Shown: one piece after another, positions 37,177-45,700 of the stretch | Position numbering within the stretch: the stretch's first letter is position 1 | Layout of the letters: each line of letters begins with the position of its first letter | Assembly (NCBI GenBank): GCA_965541585.1 | Contig: CBEUCH010000001.1 | Location: 64,001 to 128,000, forward strand | Reading direction: 5' to 3' | DNA from: an uncultured bacterium | Lineage (GTDB): Bacteria > Zixibacteria > MSB-5A5 > UBA10806 | DNA: 64,000 nucleotides | Translations under genes and position numbers: made by a program | Notes under the pieces: model-generated | Told to the model about the DNA's origin: nothing | Seen by the model: only the letters and a program-made list of their open reading frames with translations | The model's database searches: none

Positions 37177-37868
37177 GGGATCACCGTTATAGTGGTGGAT
37201 CCGGAACCGGTGGCGCGCTCAGGATCTCTAACCACCACCCATACGGAATAGGCGGTTGGACAGCAGGATGGGACGGGCGCTGTCCATGTTACCGCCGTCC
37301 CTTCGCCGCTGAAACTGCCCGCAGCGGCTCCCCATTGGTAGACAAGCAGATCGTCGTCACCGTCGGGATCGAAGGCCCCGACCGTGATCTCCGTTTCGCC
37401 CAATGACGGTAAAATGTCGGGATTGGAACTGATAAAGTTAATCACCGGGGGCCGGTTGTCAGAATAAGCATCGATGACCGACACCTCGATGGTGCTATTT
37501 ACTGCTGCCAGTCTATCATCCTCCACGAAGACCGAGATCAAATATTGACCGATACCATCCGGAGCGGTCCAGGTGGCGGTGGTGCCGTTGCCTGTAATTC
37601 TTCCCCCTGATGCGTGCCAACCGTAGGAAAGCAGATCGCTTTCAGGATCGACGGCGTTAACCACGATGCTTGTGCTTCCACCGATCCCGAGAGTATTCGG
37701 ATCAGCCACAAAAGAAACGATCTCCGGAGGCTGATTCGCTGACAGGTCGTTACTTGGGTCGCTTCCCTTGTCACTCCCGCAACTCCAAATCAGGAGTGAG
37801 AAGCTAACGGCAAAGGCTATTAATATGGCTGGTTTCGGCAAAATTGACCTGATTCTCATCGTTGCCAT
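37173..37868 (-). CDS. Lipoprotein with two Ig/PKD-like repeats
   Basis: Lipobox LIWSC; two N.PP.I...DP(E/D).D.L.Y.W....G...G.G....WTAP repeats; SCCP near C-terminus; 4-bp overlap with the downstream gene. Confidence 0.75.
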   Translation of the reverse strand: MATMRIRSILPKPAILIAFAVSFSLLIWSCGSDKGSDPSNDLSANQPPEIVSFVADPNTLGIGGSTSIVVNAVDPESDLLSYGWHASGGRITGNGTTATWTAPDGIGQYLISVFVEDDRLAAVNSTIEVSVIDAYSDNRPPVINFISSNPDILPSLGETEITVGAFDPDGDDDLLVYQWGAAAGSFSGEGTAVTWTAPVPSCCPTAYSVWVVVRDPERATGSGSTTITVIP

Positions 37869-38108
37869 TTTTCCTTCTTTCAGAGTTTCCCAATCCGGCT
37901 AACTCGGGGAATTCGCCTGAACCTGCTATCCTGGCCAGAGAGTCTCCTGATAATAATTATCGTCATCAGCTGCCCCTTCTCATAAACCGAAATGGTATCC
38001 TGAAGGTTTACGGAAAATGAGAAAAACACCGAAAATCTCCGATTTTTTTACCAAAAATGCATTAATCGCAAAATCAAATAAACGATGCCATGACCAGCAA
38101 GTGGCCAG

Positions 38109-38741
38109 CTATTCATCTTCGCTCGATTCGGCAGCAGGAGTATCGGGCGTTTTTACCAATTCGGCCTGATAACCAATATCTTCCAGATCGGAGATTATGC
38201 CTTGTATTGAACTGTCGGAAGGAGGATAATTCTTCCATTCAACCAGCAATGTCCTCTCTTCATAATTTGCCTCGCTTTTCATGACGTCATCATTTTGGCG
38301 GGCCACACTGTTGACCGCCGCCTCGCAACCTGAGCAGGTCATGCCCTCCACCGCGAATAACATCGAGGTGGCGTCGTCGACCGCTGTCTCGTTGCCCTCC
38401 TTTTCGCCGCCGAAAAGAGCACCGCTGTAATACGGAAAGGCCATCAAAGTCAGGGCGAAGACCGATGCTATCCAGAGGGATGTTTTGTTGATTCTCCCGC
38501 GATTCGGTGTTGCGCAGGAACCGTCTGCGCAAACCTCTTTGGGTTTCCTGTATGCGAAATAGAAGCCTGTCCCCAGGAATATGAAAGTAAAAGCCATGAA
38601 GTAGGGGCGATATTCAGCCAGGGCCGCGGCAAATCCGAGCCCGCCAATGCCTAAGCCCACCAGGATTAATGGTCCGATGCAGCAGGCGGAGGCCAGGGCC
38701 GCAGAGAAGAATGTTCCAATATTCAGCATTCTCGCTTTCAT
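38109..38741 (-). CDS. merT: MerT-MerP (HMA) fusion mercury transporter
   Basis: ASACCIGPL, YRPYF, C...SC loop, then VEGMTCSGC heavy-metal-associated domain. Confidence 0.88.
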   Translation of the reverse strand: MKARMLNIGTFFSAALASACCIGPLILVGLGIGGLGFAAALAEYRPYFMAFTFIFLGTGFYFAYRKPKEVCADGSCATPNRGRINKTSLWIASVFALTLMAFPYYSGALFGGEKEGNETAVDDATSMLFAVEGMTCSGCEAAVNSVARQNDDVMKSEANYEERTLLVEWKNYPPSDSSIQGIISDLEDIGYQAELVKTPDTPAAESSEDE

Positions 38742-38742
38742 C

Positions 38743-39006
38743 TTATTTCTCCTTGGCTTGATGATTTATCAGTTGACTCTCAGCTTCTTTAGATTCTGGC
38801 ACACCTCGAAACACCACCTTGTCGTTGAACAGAGTTGCGGGAACAGACAGGATGGAATGTTTTTTTGCCAGCGTGCTTCCTTCCTCGGAAGCAATATCAA
38901 CCTCCCTGTAATCAAAATAAAATCTCTTGGCCATACTCGCCCATAGTTTCCTGGCCCCCGGGCAGATCGGGCACCAGTCGGCTATTATCAAGGTGATCTC
39001 AGTCAT
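38743..39006 (-). CDS. Small thioredoxin/glutaredoxin-like protein
   Basis: WCPIC and SVP motifs. Confidence 0.8.
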   Translation of the reverse strand: MTEITLIIADWCPICPGARKLWASMAKRFYFDYREVDIASEEGSTLAKKHSILSVPATLFNDKVVFRGVPESKEAESQLINHQAKEK

Positions 39007-39316
39007 TTTTGGCGTCCTTCAGGGCCTTAACTATCATCTCTCTCTCAGGAACTCCGCCGAATTGTCCGTTATGTTGATAAATCCTGCATTTCATACCGAA
39101 GTCATCTCTTCCCTTTGCCAGGGGGTCGATATCCAGGCCCTGTATCCGGAGAGTGGGAGAGCCGAGAAATTTCTCGACCGCCGCCTGCTGCTCTGATTCT
39201 ACCTTGATAATCTCAATTTTGGATCCGGGGGCGTATTCATCCACGCATTCTTTCAGGATCTCCAGGGCTTTTTCATGAGTGGGGCAGCCATCAAAATAAA
39301 GCAGTTCAATTTTCAT
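38999..39316 (-). CDS. Thioredoxin-like DUF2703/'DF family' protein
   Basis: LLYFDGCP, FLGSPTLRI.G.D, CRIY...G.P signature. Confidence 0.75.
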   Translation of the reverse strand: MKIELLYFDGCPTHEKALEILKECVDEYAPGSKIEIIKVESEQQAAVEKFLGSPTLRIQGLDIDPLAKGRDDFGMKCRIYQHNGQFGGVPEREMIVKALKDAKND

Positions 39317-39726
39317 TTTTCGACCTCCTCGGTCATCAAAGCCTCAATAATCGGACAGCTTTTGATACTCTGTTGCCTATCGCACTGTGTTGCGAGATTC
39401 GAGAGAATGCTATCCAATTTTTGAAGGTTGATTATCTTTTCTCTTATCGCTTCCAATTTCTTCAGCGCTATGTCTTTTACCTCATCGCAATCGGTTATCT
39501 CCCCCCCGCTGAGCTTAAGCAGTTGTTTTATTTCGCTTAAAGAGAAGCCCAGCTTTTGTGCGCGCTTCACGAAACGGATTCGGTTGACTGTTTCCTCGTT
39601 ATATTGCCTATATCCTGACGGCGAGCGATCCGGTTCGGGAAGAATCCCCTGCTTTTCATAATATCTGATTGTCTCGATATTCACTGCAGCCATTTTTGCC
39701 AGATTTCCCCTTTTAAGCGCCTTCAT
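39313..39726 (-). CDS. merR: Hg(II)-type MerR family regulator
   Basis: ETIRYYE, SGYRQY, GFSLSEI; three Cys (CDEV, QCD, SCPII) at the Hg-binding positions. Confidence 0.85.
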   Translation of the reverse strand: MKALKRGNLAKMAAVNIETIRYYEKQGILPEPDRSPSGYRQYNEETVNRIRFVKRAQKLGFSLSEIKQLLKLSGGEITDCDEVKDIALKKLEAIREKIINLQKLDSILSNLATQCDRQQSIKSCPIIEALMTEEVEK

Positions 39727-39751
39727 CTCATGCCTCCAGTTCTTTTAACTT

Positions 39752-39784
39752 CCTGTAGTATAGTACAGGGTTTCTGAAAATCAA
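39752..39784 (-). promoter_or_regulatory. MerR-type operator overlapping the operon promoter
   Basis: Palindrome CCTGTA-N6-TACAGG (39752-39769); TTGATT-N16-TATACT on the minus strand with the -10 in the dyad centre. Confidence 0.75.
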
Positions 39785-39950
39785 GGATTTTGGTGGAAAT
39801 AGTAGACATTCATTTTGAGGAAATATATCCTTGATTGTAGAAGCTAAGGATTGTCCTTAATATAAAATAGCGGCGTCGGGAGACGCCGCTTCATAGATCT
39901 GGTTTCGATCAAACAAATAATGTGTCAGCCGACCGGCTAAAGGCTCAGCT

Positions 39951-40142
39951 TCACGTAAAACCGCCTGATTTCCTGCAGGAACCGGATAGACTTGAGGGAC
40001 TGCTGGCGGTGGCAAAACCGGACATGAGCCGCTCGGATTCTTCAGATCCGCAGTTATCGCAGGTAATTTTGTCGCTATCGGAATAGACTAAAACCTCGAA
40101 TTTCTCACCGCATGTCCTACATTTATGTTCATAAATCGGCAT
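39951..40142 (-). CDS. FmdB family zinc-ribbon protein
   Basis: MPIYEHKCRTCG.KFE...CDNCGS; GGAGGT RBS. Confidence 0.85.
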   Translation of the reverse strand: MPIYEHKCRTCGEKFEVLVYSDSDKITCDNCGSEESERLMSGFATASSPSSLSGSCRKSGGFT

Positions 40143-40147
40143 CTGAC

Positions 40148-40348
40148 TTACCTCCATGCAACCAGGAAACCGATGACTGCGAAATACGGTATGGCGACGG
40201 CCTGGTTACATAGAATCAGACACTGAGATCCAGCGGAACCGGCCACCGACGAGGCGATATAGCCGACTGCACTCCCCAGGGCGAACCCCAGGATTAATCT
40301 CCGGAGAAGCTTGGAGCGGCGGGCCTTTTTTCCATTATTTGGCTTCAT
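40148..40348 (-). CDS. Small membrane protein with CxxxC (DUF6132-like)
   Basis: Two hydrophobic helices around SQCLILC; fills the gap between DUF302 and FmdB genes. Confidence 0.55.
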   Translation of the reverse strand: MKPNNGKKARRSKLLRRLILGFALGSAVGYIASSVAGSAGSQCLILCNQAVAIPYFAVIGFLVAWR

Positions 40349-40718
40349 CTACGATTGACCTCACAATAATATCGACCTCTGCAGCCAGTTCTTTTAGGCG
40401 CGGTTCTGCAAAGAATTCGCTGATCATCGCCGGTCTCATGGCCGAAATGATCGTCTCGTTGTCTTTTATGTAAACGTTTATCTTGCAAGGTATAAACAGG
40501 CCAACGTCCTCGGCTATCCCCAGGACTTGATGCGCAAATCCGGCATTGCAGACCTCTATGATCTTGAAAGGTCCCCTTTCAAATCCCTTTTCCTGAAGAG
40601 TTGCCTTCACGTCATGGATATGCAACACCCGAAAGCCCTTGGCGGCCGTAATCTCCTCTATTTTCGCCACCGCGTCGTCGAATGCCCTGTTTGACTTCGT
40701 CGTGTACCCTAACTCCAT
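40335..40718 (-). CDS. DUF302 domain protein
   Basis: GFRVLHIHDVKATL, IIEVCN, GLFIPCKI motifs. Confidence 0.9.
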   Translation of the reverse strand: MELGYTTKSNRAFDDAVAKIEEITAAKGFRVLHIHDVKATLQEKGFERGPFKIIEVCNAGFAHQVLGIAEDVGLFIPCKINVYIKDNETIISAMRPAMISEFFAEPRLKELAAEVDIIVRSIVDEAK

Positions 40719-40825
40719 TTTTTTCCTCCGAGCGTTGAAAACCGCTGTAACATACCAAAAGTTTCAAAAAATCAAAATAAAAATTTCGCCGCTTAACTGC
40801 CATTATGATGTGACGATATATTGAA

Positions 40826-42415
40826 ATGATGGATAATGCGAAGCTTGATTTGCTAAGAAAAGCCTCGATTTTCAATTCTCTCTCGGATGACAGCCTGGCT
40901 AAGTTGGCGGAAGTCTTTGAGCAGCAAAAATATCCGGCGGGGAGCTACATCTTTAGAGAGGGAGAGGCGGGCGACAGCTTTATGCTTGTTGAAAGCGGCA
41001 CGGTAGAGGTAATCAAACACGGATCTTCTGCCGATGCCGATGTCAACCTGGCTAGCCGGGGACCGGGAGAGATCCTGGGAGAGATGGCCCTGATAGAGGA
41101 TTCGCCGCGGTTCGCAGATGCAGTAACCCGGGATGACGTAACTGTTTTAGCTCTTTCCAAGAGTCAGTTTAAGCATCTGCTGGCCGAAAATCCGATGGTC
41201 GCCATGGAAATCATGAGTTCGCTGTCGTCCAAATTGCGGCAGGCCGACCTCCAGATGATAAGCGATCTGGAGAAAAAGAATGTCGAGCTTGAGTCTGCCA
41301 ACGTTGATCTGACCAGGGCCAAAAACTTCAGGGACAAGATCATTGATAATGCGCCGTTTTTCATGATTATTACCGATAATTCTGGCAATATCGTTCTCAT
41401 AAATGAGTCGGCGGAGAAAATATTCGGTCATTCATTCGATGAGATCGAAGGCAAACCTATCAGCGCCATCATCCTGGCGGCCGGGGAGCACGATGTTCTG
41501 GGCGAGATTAGTGAATCTTTGAGCCACAATGGCGTTTGGAGAGGGCAGCTAATCACCGAAAGGTCTGATGGCTCTCAGACGATTATCGATCTGATAGTGG
41601 TGAATGTCGGGGAAGACAACAGCAAAAGCCAGTCAGTGCTTTACATGGGCAATGATGTTACGGAGGAAAAGCATATGCAAAGGCAGGCTTTTCAGCTGGA
41701 GAGGATGGCCACTCGCGGCGAGATGGCCGCTGAGATTGCTCATGAACTGAACAATTATCTTTCCATAGTCTCCGGCAACCTCGAATTACTGGGTATGGAT
41801 ATCGGACGAGGGAAGTTCGATAAAGTGGAAAAGAAAACCACCGCCATGAAAAACGGCTTGGTGAGGATCACTAAATTCGTCGAGGGTCTGATGTCAGTAG
41901 CCCGGCCCGAGACAAGGATGGAAATCTTCGATATACATCAGTTCCTCGATAACGAGTTGTTCTTCTTGAAGCCTCAACCCAAGTATAAGGGGATTGAATT
42001 TATTTCGCGCTGGGGTAACGATATCCCGGCCATTGAAGCGGACGGCGGGCAGCTTCAACAGGTGTTGTTCAATCTATTTAATAATGCCTCCGACGCCCTG
42101 TCTGAAATTCCGCCCGGGAAGCGGAGAGTGACGATTTCGACAGCATATTCCAGTTCGGATGAGACCATAACGCTGACCATAAGCGATAACGGTTGCGGCA
42201 TGTCGGAGGACGATTACGGCAGGGTATTCCGGCAGCATTTTACTACGAAGAAAACCGGGCATGGATTCGGGCTTCTGGCAGTCAAGCGGGCGATCAAGAG
42301 CCATGGTGGGAAGATATCAGCATCACCCGGTCCCGAGGGAGGCGCCAGTTTTATGATTGAATTGCCCAGACGCTTGAAGCTACGTGTTGAAAAAGCGGTC
42401 GAGGCCACGGCTTAA
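40826..42415 (+). CDS. Cyclic nucleotide-binding PAS histidine kinase
   Basis: IFREGEAGD...GEMALIEDSPRFADA (cNMP cassette); coiled coil; PAS; AHELNN; N, G1, F and G2 boxes. Confidence 0.9.
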   Translation: MMDNAKLDLLRKASIFNSLSDDSLAKLAEVFEQQKYPAGSYIFREGEAGDSFMLVESGTVEVIKHGSSADADVNLASRGPGEILGEMALIEDSPRFADAVTRDDVTVLALSKSQFKHLLAENPMVAMEIMSSLSSKLRQADLQMISDLEKKNVELESANVDLTRAKNFRDKIIDNAPFFMIITDNSGNIVLINESAEKIFGHSFDEIEGKPISAIILAAGEHDVLGEISESLSHNGVWRGQLITERSDGSQTIIDLIVVNVGEDNSKSQSVLYMGNDVTEEKHMQRQAFQLERMATRGEMAAEIAHELNNYLSIVSGNLELLGMDIGRGKFDKVEKKTTAMKNGLVRITKFVEGLMSVARPETRMEIFDIHQFLDNELFFLKPQPKYKGIEFISRWGNDIPAIEADGGQLQQVLFNLFNNASDALSEIPPGKRRVTISTAYSSSDETITLTISDNGCGMSEDDYGRVFRQHFTTKKTGHGFGLLAVKRAIKSHGGKISASPGPEGGASFMIELPRRLKLRVEKAVEATA

Positions 42416-42427
42416 GGTAACAACATC

Positions 42428-42769
42428 ATGGACCCCCTGTTTTTCTTTTTACTGGGACATTTTATTGGCGATTATGCTCTTCAGACCGATAAGATGGCCG
42501 CCAATAAACAGAAAATCAGCGGTCTTCTAATCTTTCATGCAACGATTTATTCTCTGACTATAGTCGCCTCTGCCGGCGTACATGATCTATTCTACCGGCC
42601 TTCCATAATCTTAGCTACGTTACCATGGATAATCCCGATTTTTGCTATCCACGTTTTTCAGGATTTGATCAAATCGAAATATCTTAGCAGTTCACGACAG
42701 TCTTATTACATCGATCAGGCTCTGCATCTGGCCGCGCTTTACGCCCTGCGGATCATTGTAGGAGGATAA
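42428..42769 (+). CDS. DUF3307 family membrane protein
   Basis: HFIGDYALQ, H, HVFQD, DQALH motifs. Confidence 0.85.
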   Translation: MDPLFFFLLGHFIGDYALQTDKMAANKQKISGLLIFHATIYSLTIVASAGVHDLFYRPSIILATLPWIIPIFAIHVFQDLIKSKYLSSSRQSYYIDQALHLAALYALRIIVGG

Positions 42770-42785
42770 TATCATAGATGAATCG

Positions 42786-45700
42786 GTGAAAGTGCATCCG
42801 AAGCTCCAGTGCCTCGGATACCTCTCGCGGCTTGCGTTGCAGCAGGTAAGAGATAAGAGAAATCTGATCGAGATCCGGGGAAGTTTCCTGTTCGCGGACC
42901 TTTCCGGTTTCACGGCCATGTCTGACAGGCTGAGTGCCTCCGGACGTCTCGGCTCCGAGGAATTAGCATCGACGATCAACAAAATTTTTGATCCCCTGCT
43001 TGAAATAATATTCTTTTACGGCGGCGACGTTGTGAAATTCGGAGGCGACGCTGTGCTTGCTTTATTCGACGATAACAATCATACGGCAAGAGCAGCATCG
43101 TGCGGCTTCTCGCTTCTCGAAAGCATCGGGCCATCCTGTAAGGTTTCTACGAGTGTGGGAGATTTCGCAATTGCGATTCATATCGGTATATCCAGTGGTT
43201 CAGCGCTTTCGGCGATTGTCGGCGGCGAGGGAGGGCGGTACGATCATCTCTTTTGCGGTCCGGATATCTCGCTGGCCTGTGCGGCTGCGGATGAAGCCGG
43301 ATCAGGAGAACTTCTCCTGGCGGAAAACTGTAAGGTCTATCTGGAAAACAACCTGATTGAAATCTCATCGGATAAACGATTTCTATCGATAAAAAAGCCT
43401 GCTGAATCGCTGGCACAACCGGCTGAGGATAATCGAAAAATGATAGATTTAGGGCAGTCGCGGCTAAGACCATTCTTACCGGCAGGGCTCTGGGAAAAAA
43501 TAACTATTGCTGCAAATGGGAGAATCGAAGGAGAACATCGCCATATAACCGCCATGTTTATGGGAATCGACGGGTGGCATAATAATCTGGTTTCGCAGGG
43601 CGATAACCGGGGAGGATATTACCGGTTTATAAACAAACATATCGTTGAGTTGTTTGCCGTTACGGAGAAATACGGAGGAAATATCGTTCGGCTGGATCCT
43701 ACAGATATAGGAGAAAGAGCGCTGGTGCTTTTCGGGGCACCGGTGCTGCGGGAGAATGCTCCGGTAGATGCCTTGAAGGCTGCGCTGGAGATGAGGAAGA
43801 TCACCGATGAAATTTCGCAAGCGTTGCCGAAACCTTTGAAGATCAAGATCGGAATTAACTCTGGTATCAGCTATGTGGGGGACGTTGGAGGGAGTTTCCG
43901 TCGGGAATATACCGCCATGGGGAAAGGGGTCAATCTGGCTGCCCGCTTGATGGCTAAGGCCGATTGGGGAGAGATAATTGCAGGACCGGTAACACTGGAG
44001 GCAGCAAGGGGGTTTTTCAGGACCGAGGTGAAAGGTGTTTCCGCTGTGAAGGGAATTGAAAAGACCGTTACTCTGGAAAGAGTTATCGCTGAAAGAGAAG
44101 CTTTGGTTTCGAGAAAAGGATCCCCGAATCTGATAGGTAGAGAAAGAGAGATTCAGATTCTGGATGAATTCGTGGTGAACGTGTTGGCCGGCCAGGGTGG
44201 ACTCGTACAGATATTTGGGGAGGCCGGCTCGGGGAAATCAGCCCTGATGGAAAAAACTAATTCGGAGTTCGAAAAAGATAAAATCGTAATTTTGCGAGCC
44301 GCCTGTTTTCAGCACACATCCAATACGCCGCTTTATCCCGTGGGAGAGATTCTCCGCCAGAGCCTTGGAGTTACGGAGCAGGATAGCAGAGAGGAAAGAA
44401 AACACAGGCTTCAGTCTGCCCTCTCCGATGCCGGCAGTCTGGAATGGGAAGGACTCCTGTGCAGGCTGATGGGCTACACCATCAAACCGACACCGGAAAT
44501 AAGTAATCTCTCTGAAACCGCAAAGTGCAACAGAGCATTCCAATTAATTAATTCCCTTCTTCTTCTCCGTTGCGGCGGGAATCCGGCCTGCATCATAATT
44601 GACGATTTGCACTGGAGCGACCCGACCACAATTGAATTCTTAAACCTCCATACCGGAATACTTGTGGAGAATGGAATCAGCGTTTTGCTGATATCCCGTA
44701 TCTCGGAACTGGTTCCCCGGTACGATTCCTCGATCATCATCGATCTGGGATTGCTGGACGAAAAAGCCAGCGCGAGGCTCTTCAGATCGGTGCTGAAGAG
44801 AAAGGTTCCGGATGACTTCGTAGCCGAGATCGTCAAAGCCTCCGGGGGAAACCCGTTTTACCTGGAGGAAATGGCAAAGGCAATACTCGATATGGGTATC
44901 GAAGCCTGGTCAGAATCGATAGGTATACCGGACAGCGTCGAGCGGGTGATAACAGCCAGAATCGACCGGCTCGATGAAATGGTCAAAACCACAGTCAGGA
45001 CAGCCAGTATCATAGGCAGGATATTTGGTCTGGAGGATCTGACGAATATTTTCCCGTTGCAGGAGAATAAATCCCATATCCCGGAATATCTCGATAAGTC
45101 CGCGGCGCTGGATATCACGCCTCTGGAGCGTACAGAACCGGTGATCGAATATGGCTTCAAGCACATTTTGACAAAAGAGGTTGCGTATTCGGGCTTATCG
45201 TATAAATCCCGTAAAATGCTTCATCATGCACTTGCAGGATATTATCGAATTTGCGGGCGAGGCCGAGGCATAGGGCCTGAATTGATAGGCTATCATTTTG
45301 AACGTACTGAGACCCCGAAGATGGCGGTTCCTTATTACCTGTTGGCGGGGCAGGCTGCCGGGAAAGCATTCTCGAATCCCGAGGCGATATTCTATTTCGA
45401 AAAGGTCTTAGAGCTTCTGGGTCCCGATGGCAATCCGAAGATGATATGCCGCGCCAATCTGGGGCTGGGCAGGGTTTTCAAGTTAACAGGGAAATATGAT
45501 AACGCAGAAAAACATCTCAAAATTGCGTCTGGAGCCTCCGCCACCTGTCGATTCTGGCGTTCGGAGGCCTTGAAGGAGCTCTCGGAACTGTACCGGATCA
45601 AGACCGAATTCGACAAAGCATCTGAGATTTTAAGTATGCTTCTGGATCTGGACGAAGGCAATCCTACGTATCAGGCAACATATCAGAACGGCATGGGGGA

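Noticed and set aside
37945..37972. CUGAUGA followed by a hairpin, resembling a hammerhead ribozyme or fluoride riboswitch
   Set aside because: No GAAA after stem II and no fluoride 5' GGnGAUGG segment
38999..39316. Possible selenoprotein (DF family)
   Set aside because: The frame is open with Cys in YFDGCP; no in-frame TGA
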